Both the position numbers and the translations under genes were made by a program. A stretch of DNA of 64,000 nucleotides from Eledone cirrhosa. Taxonomy: Eukaryota. This document shows, piece by piece, positions 14,300 to 29,700 of the stretch; within the stretch, counting starts at the first letter, position 1, and each line of letters starts with the position of its first letter. The notes under the pieces are model-generated. The model made no database searches. It was not told the DNA's origin and saw only the letters and a program-made list of their open reading frames with translations. The stretch is taken from contig OZ024741.1 in the NCBI GenBank assembly GCA_964016885.1, forward strand, positions 403,372,001 through 403,436,000. The letters are read 5' to 3'.

Positions 14300-17200
14300 C
14301 CCAGGTAGGGACTACTATCTTTAACCCAGGTATCGACTACTATCTTTAACCCAGGTAGGGACTACTATCTTTAACCCTGGTAGTGACTACTATCTTTAAC
14401 CCAGGTATCGACTACTATCTTTAACCCAGGTAGGGACTACTATCTTTAAACCTGGTATCGACTACTATCTTTAACCCAGGTAGGGACTACTATCTTTAAC
14501 CCAGGTAGGGACTACTATCTTTAACCCAGGTAGGGACTACTATCTTTAACCCAGGTAGGGACTACTATCTTTAACCCAGGTAGTGACTACTATCTTTAAC
14601 CCAAGTAGTGACTACTATCTTTAACCCAGGTATCGACTACTATCTTTAACCCAGGTAGGGACTACTATCTTTAACCCAGGTAGGGACTACTATCTTTAAC
14701 CCAGGTAGTGACTACTATCTTTAACCCAGGTAGTGACTACTATCTTTAACCCAGGTAGGGACTACTATCTTTAACCCAGGTAGGGACTACTATCTTTAAC
14801 CCAGGTAGGGACTACTATCTTTAACCCAGGTAGTGACTACTATCTTTAACCCAGGTAGTGACTACTATCTTTAACCCAGGTATCGACTACTATCTTTAAC
14901 CCAGGTAGGGACTACTATCTTTAACCCTGGTAGTGACTACTATCTTTAACCCAGGTAGGGACTACTACCTTTAACCCAGGTAGGGACTACTATCTTTAAC
15001 CCTGGTAGGGACTACTATCTTTAACCCAGGTAGGGACTACTACCTTTAACCCAGGTAGTGACTACTATCTTTAACCCAGGTAGGGACTACTATCTTTAAC
15101 CCAGGTAGGGACTACTATCTTTAACCCTGGTAGGGACTACTATCTTTAACCCAGGTAGGGACTACTACCTTTAACCCAGGTAGTGACTACTATCTTTAAC
15201 CCAGGTAGGGACTACTATCTTTAACCCTGGTAGTGACTACTATCTTTAACCCAGGTAGTGACTACTATCTTTAACCCAGGTATCGACTACTATCTTTAAC
15301 CCAGGTAGGGACTACTATCTTTAACCCAGGTAGGGACTACTATCTTTAACCCAGGTAGGGACTACTATCTTTAACCCAGGTAGGGACTACTATCTTTAAC
15401 CCTGGTAGTGACTACTATCTTTAACCCAGGTAGTGACTACTATCTTTAACCCAAGTAGGGACTACTATCTTTAACCCAGGTAGGGACTACTATCTTTAAC
15501 CCAGGTAGGGACTTCTATCTTTAACCCAGGTAGGGACTACTATCTTTAACCCAGGTAGGGACTACTATCTTTAACCCAGGTAGGGACTACTATCTTTAAC
15601 CCAGGTAGGGACTTCTATCTTTAACCCAGGTAGTGACTACTATCTTTAACCCAGGTAGTGACTACTACCTTTAACCCAGGTAGGGACTACTATCTTTAAC
15701 CCAGGTATCGACTACTATCTTTAACCCAGGTAGGGACTACTATCTTTAACCCAGGTAGGGACTACTATCTTTAACCCAGGTAGGGACTACTATCTTTAAC
15801 CCAGGTAGGGACTACTATCTTTAACCCAGGTAGTGACTACTATCTTTAAACCAGGTAGGGACTACTATCTTTAACCCTGGTAGTGACTACTACCATTAAC
15901 CAAGGTAGGGACTACTATCTTTAACCCTGGTAGTGACTACTATCTTTAACCCAGGTAGGGACTACTATCTTTAACCCAGGTATCGACTACTATCTTTAAA
16001 CCAGGTAGGGACTACTATCTTTAACCCTGGTAGTGACTACTATCTTTAACCCAGGTATCGACTACTATCTTTAACCCAGGTAGGGACTACTATCTTTAAC
16101 CCTGGTATCGACTACTATCTTTAACCCAGGTAGGGACTACTATCTTTAACCCAGGTAGGGACTACTATCTTTAACCCAGGTAGGGACTACTATCTTTAAC
16201 CCAGGTAGGGACTACTATCTTTAACCCAGGTAGGGACTACTATCTTTAACCCAGGTAGTGACTACTATCTTTAACCCAAGTAGTGACTACTATCTTTAAC
16301 CCAGGTATCGACTACTATCTTTAACCCAGGTAGGGACTACTATCTTTAACCCAGGTAGGGACTACTATCTTTAACCCAGGTAGTGACTACTATCTTTAAC
16401 CCAGGTAGTGACTACTATCTTTAACCCAGGTAGGGACTACTATCTTTAACCCAGGTAGGGACTACTATCTTTAACCCAGGTAGGGACTACTATCTTTAAC
16501 CCAGGTAGTGACTACTATCTTTAACCCAGGTAGTGACTACTATCTTTAACCCAGGTATCGACTACTATCTTTAACCCAGGTAGGGACTACTATCTTTAAC
16601 CCTGGTAGTGACTACTATCTTTAACCCAGGTAGGGACTACTACCTTTAACCCAGGTAGGGACTACTATCTTTAACCCTGGTAGGGACTACTATCTTTAAC
16701 CCAGGTAGGGACTACTACCTTTAACCCAGGTAGTGACTACTATCTTTAACCCAGGTAGGGACTACTATCTTTAACCCAGGTAGGGACTACTATCTTTAAC
16801 CCTGGTAGGGACTACTATCTTTAACCCAGGTAGGGACTACTACCTTTAACCCAGGTAGTGACTACTATCTTTAACCCAGGTAGGGACTACTATCTTTAAC
16901 CCTGGTAGTGACTACTATCTTTAACCCAGGTAGTGACTACTATCTTTAACCCAGGTATCGACTACTATCTTTAACCCAGGTAGGGACTACTATCTTTAAC
17001 CCAGGTAGGGACTACTATCTTTAACCCAGGTAGGGACTACTATCTTTAACCCAGGTAGGGACTACTATCTTTAACCCTGGTAGTGACTACTATCTTTAAC
17101 CCAGGTAGTGACTACTATCTTTAACCCAAGTAGGGACTACTATCTTTAACCCAGGTAGGGACTACTATCTTTAACCCAGGTAGGGACTTCTATCTTTAAC

Positions 17201-17590
17201 CCAGGTAGGGACTACTATCTTTAACCCAGGTAGGGACTACTATCTTTAACCCAGGTAGGGACTACTATCTTTAACCCAGGTAGGGACTTCTATCTTTAAC
17301 CCAGGTAGTGACTACTATCTTTAACCCAGGTAGTGACTACTACCTTTAACCCAGGTAGGGACTACTATCTTTAACCCAGGTATCGACTACTATCTTTAAC
17401 CCAGGTAGGGACTACTATCTTTAACCCAGGTAGGGACTACTATCTTTAACCCAGGTAGGGACTACTATCTTTAACCCAGGTAGGGACTACTATCTTTAAC
17501 CCAGGTAGTGACTACTATCTTTAAACCAGGTAGGGACTACTATCTTTAACCCTGGTAGTGACTACTACCATTAACCAAGGTAGGGACTAC
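14300..17590. repeat. Tandem duplication of about 1.65-1.68 kb (66-67 monomers); partial further copy at about 18700-19500
   Basis: CCTGGTATCG at 14451 and 16101 (offset 1650). TACCATTAACCAAGG at 15891 and 17566 (offset 1675). TTTAAACCAGG near 15845, 17520 and 19492. Confidence 0.88.
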
Positions 17591-20500
17591 TATCTTTAAC
17601 CCAGGTAGGGACTACTATCTTTAACCCAGGTAGGGACTACTATCTTTAACCCAGGTAGGGACTACTATCTTTAACCCTGGTAGTGACTACTACCTTTAAC
17701 CCAGGTAGGGACTACTATCTTTAACCCTGGCAGTGACTACTATCTTTAACCCAGGTAGTGACTACTATCTTTAACCCTGGTAGTGACTACTACCTTTAAC
17801 CCTGGTAGTGACTACTACCTTTAACCCAGGTAGGGACTACTATCTTTAACCCAGGTAGGGACTACTATCTTTAACCCTGGTAGTGACTACTATCTTTAAC
17901 CCAGGTAGTGACTACTACCTTTAACCCAGGTAGTGACTACTATCTTTAACCCAGGTAGTGACTACTATCTTTAACCCTGGTAGTGACTACTACCTTTAAC
18001 CCAGGTAGGGACTACTATCTTTAACCCAGGTAGGGACTACTATCTTTAACCCAGGTAGTGACTACTATCTTTAACCCACGTAGGGACTACTATCTTTAAC
18101 CCTGGTAGTGACTACTACCTTTAACCCAGGTAGGGACTACTATCTTTAACCCAGGTAGGGACTACTATCTTTAACCCAGGTAGTGACTACTATCTTTAAC
18201 CCAGGTAGTGACTACTATCTTTAACCCAGGTAGGGACTACTATCTTTAACCCTGGTAGTGACTACTATCTTTAACCCAAGTAGTGACTACTATCTTTAAC
18301 CAAGGTAGTGACTACTATCTTTAACCCAGGTAGTGACTACTATCTTTAACCCAGGTAGTGACTATCTTTAACCCAGGTAGGGACTACTATCTTTAACCCA
18401 GGTATCGACTACTATCTTTAACCCAGGTAGGGACTACTATCTTTAACCCAGGTAGGGACTACTATCTTTAACCCAGGTAGGGACTACTATCTTTAACCCA
18501 GGTAGGGACTACTATCTTTAACCCAGGTATCGACTACTATCTTTAACCCAGGTAGTGACTACTATCTTTAACCCAAGTAGTGACTACTATCTTTAACCCA
18601 GGTAGGGACTACTATCTTTAACCCAGGTAGGGACTACTATCTTTAACCCAGGTAGTGACTACTATCTTTAACCAAGGTAGTGACTACTATCTTTAACCCA
18701 GGTAGGGACTACTATCTTTAACCCTGGTAGTGACTACTATCTTTAACCCAGGTAGTGACTACTATCTTTAACCCAGGTATCGACTACTATCTTTAACCCA
18801 GGTAGGGACTACTATCTTTAACCCAGGTAGGGACTACTATCTTTAACCCAGGTAGGGACTACTATCTTTAACCCAGGTAGGGACTACTATCTTTAACCCT
18901 GGTAGTGACTACTATCTTTAACCCAGGTAGTGACTACTATCTTTAACCCAAGTAGGGACTACTATCTTTAACCCAGGTAGGGACTACTATCTTTAACCCA
19001 GGTAGGGACTTCTATCTTTAACCCAGGTAGGGACTACTATCTTTAACCCAGGTAGGGACTACTATCTTTAACCCAGGTAGGGACTACTATCTTTAACCCA
19101 GGTAGGGACTTCTATCTTTAACCCAGGTAGTGACTACTATCTTTAACCCAGGTAGTGACTACTACCTTTAACCCAGGTAGGGACTACTATCTTTAACCCA
19201 GGTAGGGACTACTATCTTTAACCCAGGTAGGGACTACTATCTTTAACCCAGGTAGGGACTTCTATCTTTAACCCAGGTAGTGACTACTATCTTTAACCCA
19301 GGTAGTGACTACTACCTTTAACCCAGGTAGGGACTACTATCTTTAACCCAGGTATCGACTACTATCTTTAACCCAGGTAGGGACTACTATCTTTAACCCA
19401 GGTAGGGACTACTATCTTTAACCCAGGTAGGGACTACTATCTTTAACCCAGGTAGGGACTACTATCTTTAACCCAGGTAGTGACTACTATCTTTAAACCA
19501 GGTAGGGACTACTATCTTTAACCCAGGTAGTGACTACTATCTTTAACCCAAGTAGTGACTACTATCTTTAACCCAGGTAGTGTCTACTATCTTTAACCCA
19601 TGTAGGGACTACTATCTTTAGCCCAGGTAGTGACTATCTTTAACCCAGGTAGGGACTACTATCTTTAACCCAGGTAGTGACTACTATATTTAACCCAGGT
19701 AGTGACTACTATCTTTAACCCAGGTAGGGACTACTATCTTTAACCCAGGTAGTGACTACTATCTTTAACCCAGGTAGTGACTACTATCTTTAACCCAGGT
19801 AGTGACTACTATTTTTAACCCAGGTAGTGACTACTATCTTTAACCCAGGTAGGGACTACTATCTTTAACCCAGGTATCGACTACTATCTTTAACCCAGGT
19901 AGGGACTACTATCTTTAACCCAGGTAGGGACTACTATCTTTAACCCAGGTAGGGACTACTATCTTTAACCCAGGTAGGGACTACTATCTTTAACCCAGGT
20001 AGTGACTACTATCTTTAACCCAGATAGTGACTACTATCTTTAACCCAGGTAGTGACTACTATCTTTAACCCAGGTAGGGACTACTATCTTTAACCCAGGT
20101 AGGGACTACTATCTTTAACCCAGGTAGGGACTACTATCTTTAACCCAGGTAGGGACTACTATCTTTAACCAAGGTAGGGATTTCTATCTTTAACCCAGGT
20201 AGTGACTACTATCTTTAACCCAGGTAGTGACTACTATCTTTAACCCAGGTAGTGACTACTACCTTTAACCCAGGTAGTGACTACTATCTTTAACCCAGGT
20301 AGGGACTACTATCTTTAACCCAGGTAGGGACTACTATCTTTAACCAAGGTAGGGATTTCTATCTTTAACCCACGTAGTGACTACTATCTTTAACCCAGAT
20401 AGTGACTACTATCTTTAACCCAGGTAGTGACTACTACCTTTAACCCAGGTAGTGACTACTATCTTTAACCCAGGTAGGGACTACTATCTTTAACCCAGGT

Positions 20501-23500
20501 AGGGACTACTATCTTTAACCCAGGTAGGGACTACTATCTTTAACCCAGGTAGTGACTACTATCTTTAACCCAGGTATCGACTACTATCTTTAACCCAGGT
20601 AGGGACTACTATCTTTAACCCAGGTAGGGACTACTATCTTTAACCCAGGTAGTGACTACTATCTTTAACCCAGGTAGGGACTACTATCTTTAACCCAGGT
20701 AGGGACTACTATCTTTAACCCAGGTATCGACTACTATCTTTAACCCAGGTAGGGACTACTATCTTTAACCCAGGTAGGGACTACTATCTTTAACCCAGGT
20801 AGGGACTACTATCTTTAACCCAGGTAGGGACTACTATCTTTAACCAAGGTAGGGATTTCTATCTTTAACCCAGGTAGTGACTACTATCTTTAACCCAGGT
20901 AGTGACTACTATCTTTAACCCAGGTAGTGACTACTACCTTTAACCCAGTTAGTGACTACTATCTTTAACCCAGGTAGGGACTACTATCTTTAACCCAGGT
21001 AGGGACTACTATCTTTAACCAAGGTAGGGATTTCTATCTTTAACCCAGGTAGTGACTACTATCTTTAACCCAGATAGTGACTACTATCGTTAACCCAGGT
21101 AGTGACTACTACCTTTAACCCAGGTAGTGACTACTATCTTTAACCCATGTAGGGACTACTATCTTTAACCCAGGTAGGGTCTACTATCTTTAACCCAGGT
21201 AGGGACTACTATCTTTAATCCAGGTAGTGACTACTATCTTTAACCCAGGTATCGACTACTATCTTTAACCCAGGTAGGGACTACTATCTTTAACCCAGGT
21301 AGGGACTACTATCTTTAACCCAGGTAGTGACTACTACCTTTAACCCAGGTAGGGACTACTATCTTTAACCCAGGTAGGGACTACTATCTTTAACCCAGGT
21401 ATCGACTACTATCTTTAACCCAGGTAGTGACTACTATCTTTAACCCAAGTAGTGACTACTATCTTTAACCCAGGTAGTGACTACTATCTTTAACCCAGGT
21501 AGTGACTACTATCTTTAACCCAGGTAGTGACTACTACCTTTAACCCAGGTAGTGACTACTATCTTTAACCCAGGTAGGGACTACTATCTTTAACCCAGGT
21601 AGGGACTACTATCTTTAACCAAGGTAGGGATTTCTATCTTTAACCCAGGTAGTGACTACTATCTTTAACCCAGATAGTGACTACTATCTTTAACCCAGGT
21701 AGTGACTACTACCTTTAACCCAGGTAGTGACTACTATCTTTAACCCAGGTAGGGACTACTATCTTTAACCCAGGTAGGGACTACTATCTTTAACCCAGGT
21801 AGGGACTACTATCTTTAACCCAGGTAGTGACTACTATCTTTAACCCAGGTATCGACTACTATCTTTAACCCAGGTAGGGACTACTATCTTTAACCCAGGT
21901 AGGGACTACTATCTTTAACCCAGGTAGTGACTACTATCTTTAACCCAGGTAGGGACTACTATCTTTAACCCAGGTAGGGACTACTATCTTTAACCCAGGT
22001 ATCGACTACTATCTTTAACCCAGGTAGGGACTACTATCTTTAACCCAGGTAGGGACTACTATCTTTAACCCAGGTAGGGACTACTATCTTTAACCCAGGT
22101 AGGGACTACTATCTTTAACCAAGGTAGGGATTTCTATCTTTAACCCAGGTAGTGACTACTATCTTTAACCCAGGTAGTGACTACTATCTTTAACCCAGGT
22201 AGTGACTACTACCTTTAACCCAGGTAGTGACTACTATCTTTAACCCAGGTAGGGACTACTATCTTTAACCCAGGTAGGGACTACTATCTTTAACCAAGGT
22301 AGGGATTTCTATCTTTAACCCAGGTAGTGACTACTATCTTTAACCCAGATAGTGACTACTATCTTTAACCCAGGTAGTGACTACTACCTTTAACCCAGGT
22401 AGTGACTACTATCTTTAACCCAGGTAGGGACTACTATCTTTAACCCAGGTAGGGTCTACTATCTTTAACCCAGGTAGGGACTACTATCTTTAACCCAGGT
22501 AGTGACTACTATCTTTAACCCAGGTATCGACTACTATCTTTAACCCAGGTAGGGACTACTATCTTTAACCCAGGTAGGGACTACTATCTTTAACCCAGGT
22601 AGTGACTACTATCTTTAACCCAGGTAGGGACTACTATCTTTAACCCAGGTAGGGACTACTATCTTTAACCCAGGTATCGACTACTATCTTTAACCCAGGT
22701 AGTGACTACTATCTTTAACCCAAGTAGTGACTACTATCTTTAACCCAGGTAGTGACTACTATCTTTAACCCAGGTAGGGACTACTATCTTTAACCCAGGT
22801 AGGGACTACTATCTTTAACCCAGGTAGGGACTACTATCTTTAACCCAGGTAGTGACTACTATCTTTAACCCAGGTAGGGATTACTATCTTTAACCCAGGT
22901 AGGGACTACCATCTTTAACCCAGGTAGGGACTACTATCTTTAACCCTGGTAGTGACTACTATCTTTAACCCAGGTAGGGACTACTATCTTTAACCCAGGT
23001 AGGGACTACTATCTTTAACCCAGGTAGGGACTACTATCTTTAACCCTGGTAGTGACTACTATCTTTAACCCTGGTAGTGACTACTATCTTTAACCCTGGT
23101 AGTGACTTCTAACTTTAACCCAGGTAGGGACTACTATCTTTAACCCAGGTAGGGACTACTATCTTTAACCCAGGTAGGGACTACTATCTTTAACCCAAGT
23201 AGTGACTATTATCTTTAACCCAGGTAGGGACTACTATCTTTAACCCAGGAAGGGACTACTATCTTTAACCCAGGTAGTGACTACTATCTTTAACCCAGGT
23301 AGGGACTACTATCTTTAACCCAGGTAGGGACTAATATCTTTAACCCAGGTAGTGACTACTATCTTTAACCCAAGTAGTGGCTACTACCTTTAACCCAGGT
23401 AGTGGCTACTATCTTTAACCCAAGTAGTGACTACTATCTTTAACCCAGGTAGGGACTAATATCTTTAACCCAGGTAGTGACTACTATCTTTAACCCAAGT

Positions 23501-23779
23501 AGTGGCTACTACCTTTAACCCAGGTAGTGGCTACTATCTTTAACCCAAGTAGTGACTACTATCTTTAACCCAGGTAGGGACTACTATCTTTAACCCAAGT
23601 AGGGACTACTATCTTTAACCCAGGTAGGGACTACTATCTTTAACCCAGGTAGGGACTACTATCTTTAACCCAGGTAGTGACTACTATCTTTAACCCAGGT
23701 AGGGACTACTATCTTTAACCCAAGTAGGGACTACTATCTTTAACCCAGGTAGGGACTACTATCTTTAACCCAGGTAGTG

Positions 23780-26700
23780 ACTACTATCTTTAACCCAGGT
23801 AGGGACTACTACCTTTAACCCAAGTAGTGACTACTATCTTTAACCCAGGTAGGGACTACTATCTTTAACCCAAGTAGTGACTACTATCTTTAACCCAGGT
23901 AGGGACTACTATCTTTAACCCAGGTAGGGACTACTATCTTTAACCCAGGTAGGGACTACTATCTTTAACCCAGGTAGGGACTACTATCTTTAACCCAGAT
24001 AGTGACTACTACCTTTAACCCAGGTAGGGACTACTATCTTTAACCCAGGTAGGGACTACTATCTTTAACCCAGGTAGGGACTACTATCTTTAACCCAGGT
24101 AGGGACTACTATCTTTAACCCAGGTAGGGACTACTATCTTTAACCCAGGTAGGGACTACTATCTTTAACCCAAGTAGTGACTACTATCTTTAACCCAGGT
24201 AGGGACTACTATCTTTAACCCAGATAGGGACTACTATCTTTAACCCAGATAGGGACTACTATCTTTAACCCAGGTAGGGACTACTATCTTTAACCCAGGT
24301 AGGGACTACTATCTTTAACCCAGGTAGGGACTACTATCTTTAACCCAAGTAGTGACTACTACCTTTAACCCAGGTAGGGACTACTATCTTTAACCCAGGT
24401 AGGGACTACTATCTTTAACCCAGATAGTGACTACTACCTTTAACCCAGGTAGGGACTACTATCTTTAACCCAGGTAGGGACTACTATCTTTAACCCAGGT
24501 AGGGACTACTATCTTTAACCCAGGTAGGGACTACTATCTTTAACCCAGGTAGGGACTACTATCTTTAACCCAAGTAGTGACTACTATCTTTAACCCAGGT
24601 AGGGACTACTATCTTTAACCCAGGTAGGGACTACTATCTTTAACCCAGGTAGGGACTACTATCTTTAACCCAGGTAGGGACTACTATCTTTAACCCAGGT
24701 AGGGACTACTATCTTTAACCCAGGTAGGGACTACTATCTTTAACCCAAGTAGTGACTACTATCTTTAACCCAGGTAGGGACTACTATCTTTAACCCAGGT
24801 AGGGACTACTATCTTTAACCCAGATAGTGACTACTACCTTTAACCCAGGTAGGGACTACTATCTTTAACCCAGGTAGGGACTACTATCTTTAACCCAGGT
24901 AGGGACTACTATCTTTAACCCAGGTAGGGACTACTATCTTTAACCCAGGTAGTGACTACTATCTTTAACCCAGGTAGGGACTACTATCTTTAACCCAAGT
25001 AGTGACTACTATATTTAACCCAGGTAGGGACTACTATCTTTAACCCAGGTAGCGACTACTATCTTTAACCCAGGTAGGGACTACTATCTTTAACCCAGGT
25101 AGGGACTACTATCTTTAACCCAGGTAGGGACTACTATCTTTAACCCAGGTAGTGACTACTATCTTTAACCCAGGTAGGGACTACTATCTTTAACCCAAGT
25201 AGTGACTACTATCTTTAACCCAGGTAGGGACTACTATCTTTAACCCAAGTAGGGACTACTATCTTTAACCCAGGTAGGGACTACTATCTTTAACCCAAGT
25301 AGTGACTACTATCTTTAACCCAGGTAGGGACTACTATCTTTAACCCAGGTAGGGACTACTATCTTTAACCCAGGTAGGGACTACTATCTTTAACCCAGGT
25401 AGGGACTACTATCTTTAACCCAGATAGTGACTACTACCTTTAACCCAGGTAGGGACTACTATCTTTAACCCAAGTAGTGACTACTATCTTTAACCCAGGT
25501 AGTGACTACTATCTTTAACCCAGGTAGGGACTACTATCTTTAACCCAAGTAGTGACTACTATCTTTAACCCAGGTAGGGACTACTATCTTTAACCCAAGT
25601 AGGGACTACTATCTTTAACCCAGGTAGGGACTACTATCTTTAACCCAGGTAGGGACTACTATCTTTAACCCAAGTAGTGACTACTATCTTTAACCCAAGT
25701 AGTGACTACTATCTTTAACCCAGGTAGTGACTACTATCTTTAACCCAAGTAGGGACTACTATCTTTAACCCAGGTAGGGACTACTATCTTTAACCCAAGT
25801 AGTGACTACTATCTTTAACCCAGGTAGGGACTACTATCTTTAACCCAGGTAGGGACTACTATCTTTAACCCAGGTAGGGACTACTATCTTTAACCCAGGT
25901 AGGGACTACTATCTTTAACCCAGATAGTGACTACTACCTTTAACCCAGGTAGGGACTACTATCTTTAACCCAAGTAGTGACTACTATCTTTAACCCAGGT
26001 AGTGACTACTATCTTTAACCCAGGTAGGGACTACTATCTTTAACCCAAGTAGTGACTACTATCTTTAACCCAGGTAGGGACTACTATCTTTAACCCAGGT
26101 AGTGACTACTATCTTTAACCCAGGTAGTGGCTACTATCTTTAACCCAGGTAGTGACTACTATCTTTAACCCAGGTAGGGACTACTATCTTTAACCCAGGT
26201 AGTGACTACTATCTTTAACCCAGGTAGGGACTACTATCTTTAACCCAGGTAGTGACTACTATCTTTAACCCAGGTAGGGACTACTATCTTTAACCCTGGT
26301 AGTGACTACTATCTTTAACCCAGGTAGTGACTACTATCTTTAACCCAGGTAGGGACTATCTTTAACCCAGGTAGGGACTACTATCTTTAACCCAGGTATC
26401 GACTACTATCTTTAACCCAGGTAGTGACTACTATCTTTAACCCAGGTAGTGACTACTATCTTTAACCCAGGTAGGGACTATCTTTAACCCAGGTAGGGAT
26501 TACTATCTTTAACCCAGGTAGTGACTTCTATCTTTAACCCAGGTAGTGACTATCTTTACCCCAGGTAGGGACTACTATCTTTAACCCAGGTAGTGACTAC
26601 TACCTTTAACCCAGGTAGTGACTACTATCTTTAACCCAGGTAGGGACTACTATCTTTAACCCAGGTAGGGACTACTATCTTTAACCCAGGTAGTGACTAT

Positions 26701-29700
26701 CTTTAACCCAGGTAGGGACTACTATCTTTAACCCAGGTAGTGACTACTATCTTTAACCCAAGTAGTGACTACTATCTTTAACCCAGGTAGGGACTACTAT
26801 CTTTAACCCAGGTAGTGACTACTATCTTTAACCCAGGTAGTGACTACTATCTTTAACCCAGGTAGTGACTACTATCTTTAACCCAGGTAGGGACTACTAT
26901 CTTTAACCCAGGTAGTGACTACTATCTTTAACCCTGGTAGTGACAACTACCTTTAACCCAGGTAGGGACTTCTATCTTTAACCCAGGTAGGGACTACTAT
27001 CTTTAACCCAGGTAGGGACTTCTATCTTTAACCCAGGTAGGGACTACTATCTTTAACCCAGGTAGGGACTTCTATCTTTAACCAAGGTAGGGACTTCTAT
27101 CTTTAACCCAGGTAGTGACTACTATCTTTAACCCAGGTAGTGACTACTATCTTTAACCCAGGTAGTGACTACTATCTTTAACCCAGGTAGTGACTACTAC
27201 CTTTAACCCAGGTAGTGACTACTATCTTTAACCCAGGTAGGGACTACTATCTTTAACCCAGGTAGGGACTACTATGTTTAACCCAGGTAGGGACTACTAT
27301 CTTTAACCCAGGTAGTGACTACTATCTTTAACCCAGGTATCGACTACTATCTTTAACCCAGGTAGGGACTACTATCTTTAACCCAGGTAGGGACTACTGT
27401 CTTTAACCCAGGTAGTGACTACTATCTTTAACCCAGGTAGGGACTACTACCTTTAACCCAAGTAGTGACTACTATCTTTAACCCAGGTAGGGACTACTAT
27501 CTTTAACCCAAGTAGTGACTACTATCTTTAACCCAGGTAGGGACTACTATCTTTAACCCAGGTAGGGACTACTATCTTTAACCCAGGTAGGGACTACTAT
27601 CTTTAACCCAGGTAGGGACTACTATCTTTAACCCAGATAGTGACTACTACCTTTAACCCAGGTAGGGACTACTATCTTTAACCCAGGTAGGGACTACTAT
27701 CTTTAACCCAGGTAGGGACTACTATCTTTAACCCAGGTAGGGACTACTATCTTTAACCCAGGTAGGGACTACTATCTTTAACCCAGGTAGGGACTACTAT
27801 CTTTAACCCAAGTAGTGACTACTATCTTTAACCCAGGTAGGGACTACTATCTTTAACCCAGATAGGGACTACTATCTTTAACCCAGGTAGGGACTACTAT
27901 CTTTAACCCAGGTAGGGACTACTATCTTTAACCCAGGTAGGGACTACTATCTTTAACCCAGGTAGGGACTACTATCTTTAACCCAAGTAGTGACTACTAC
28001 CTTTAACCCAGGTAGGGACTACTATCTTTAACCCAGGTAGGGACTACTATCTTTAACCCAGATAGTGACTACTACCTTTAACCCAGGTAGGGACTACTAT
28101 CTTTAACCCAGGTAGGGACTACTATCTTTAACCCAGGTAGGGACTACTATCTTTAACCCAGGTAGGGACTACTATCTTTAACCCAGGTAGGGACTACTAT
28201 CTTTAACCCAAGTAGTGACTACTATCTTTAACCCAGGTAGGGACTACTATCTTTAACCCAGGTAGGGACTACTATCTTTAACCCAGGTAGGGACTACTAT
28301 CTTTAACCCAGGTAGGGACTACTATCTTTAACCCAGGTAGGGACTACTATCTTTAACCCAGGTAGGGACTACTATCTTTAACCCAAGTAGTGACTACTAT
28401 CTTTAACCCAGGTAGGGACTACTATCTTTAACCCAGGTAGGGACTACTATCTTTAACCCAGATAGTGACTACTACCTTTAACCCAGGTAGGGACTACTAT
28501 CTTTAACCCAGGTAGGGACTACTATCTTTAACCCAGGTAGGGACTACTATCTTTAACCCAGGTAGGGACTACTATCTTTAACCCAGGTAGTGACTACTAT
28601 CTTTAACCCAGGTAGGGACTACTATCTTTAACCCAAGTAGTGACTACTATATTTAACCCAGGTAGGGACTACTATCTTTAACCCAGGTAGCGACTACTAT
28701 CTTTAACCCAGGTAGGGACTACTATCTTTAACCCAGGTAGGGACTACTATCTTTAACCCAGGTAGGGACTACTATCTTTAACCCAGGTAGTGACTACTAT
28801 CTTTAACCCAGGTAGGGACTACTATCTTTAACCCAAGTAGTGACTACTATCTTTAACCCAGGTAGGGACTACTATCTTTAACCCAAGTAGGGACTACTAT
28901 CTTTAACCCAGGTAGGGACTACTATCTTTAACCCAAGTAGTGACTACTATCTTTAACCCAGGTAGGGACTACTATCTTTAACCCAGGTAGGGACTACTAT
29001 CTTTAACCCAGGTAGGGACTACTATCTTTAACCCAGGTAGGGACTACTATCTTTAACCCAGATAGTGACTACTACCTTTAACCCAGGTAGGGACTACTAT
29101 CTTTAACCCAAGTAGTGACTACTATCTTTAACCCAGGTAGTGACTACTATCTTTAACCCAGGTAGGGCCTACTATCTTTAACCCAAGTAGTGACTACTAT
29201 CTTTAACCCAGGTAGGGACTACTATCTTTAACCCAAGTAGTGACTACTATCTTTAACCCAAGTAGTGACTACTATCTTTAACCCAGGTAGTGACTACTAT
29301 CTTTAACCCAAGTAGGGACTACTATCTTTAACCCAGGTAGGGACTACTATCTTTAACCCAAGTAGTGACTACTATCTTTAACCCAGGTAGGGACTACTAT
29401 CTTTAACCCAGGTAGGGACTACTATCTTTAACCCAGGTAGGGACTACTATCTTTAACCCAGGTAGGGACTACTATCTTTAACCCAGATAGTGACTACTAC
29501 CTTTAACCCAGGTAGGGACTACTATCTTTAACCCAAGTAGTGACTACTATCTTTAACCCAGGTAGTGACTACTATCTTTAACCCAGGTAGGGACTACTAT
29601 CTTTAACCCAAGTAGTGACTACTATCTTTAACCCAGGTAGGGACTACTATCTTTAACCCAGGTAGTGACTACTATCTTTAACCCAGGTAGTGGCTACTAT

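Noticed and set aside
23580-29620. G-quadruplex formation from GGG runs
   Set aside because: There is only one GGG per unit per strand, separated by about 22 nt, well beyond canonical loop lengths.
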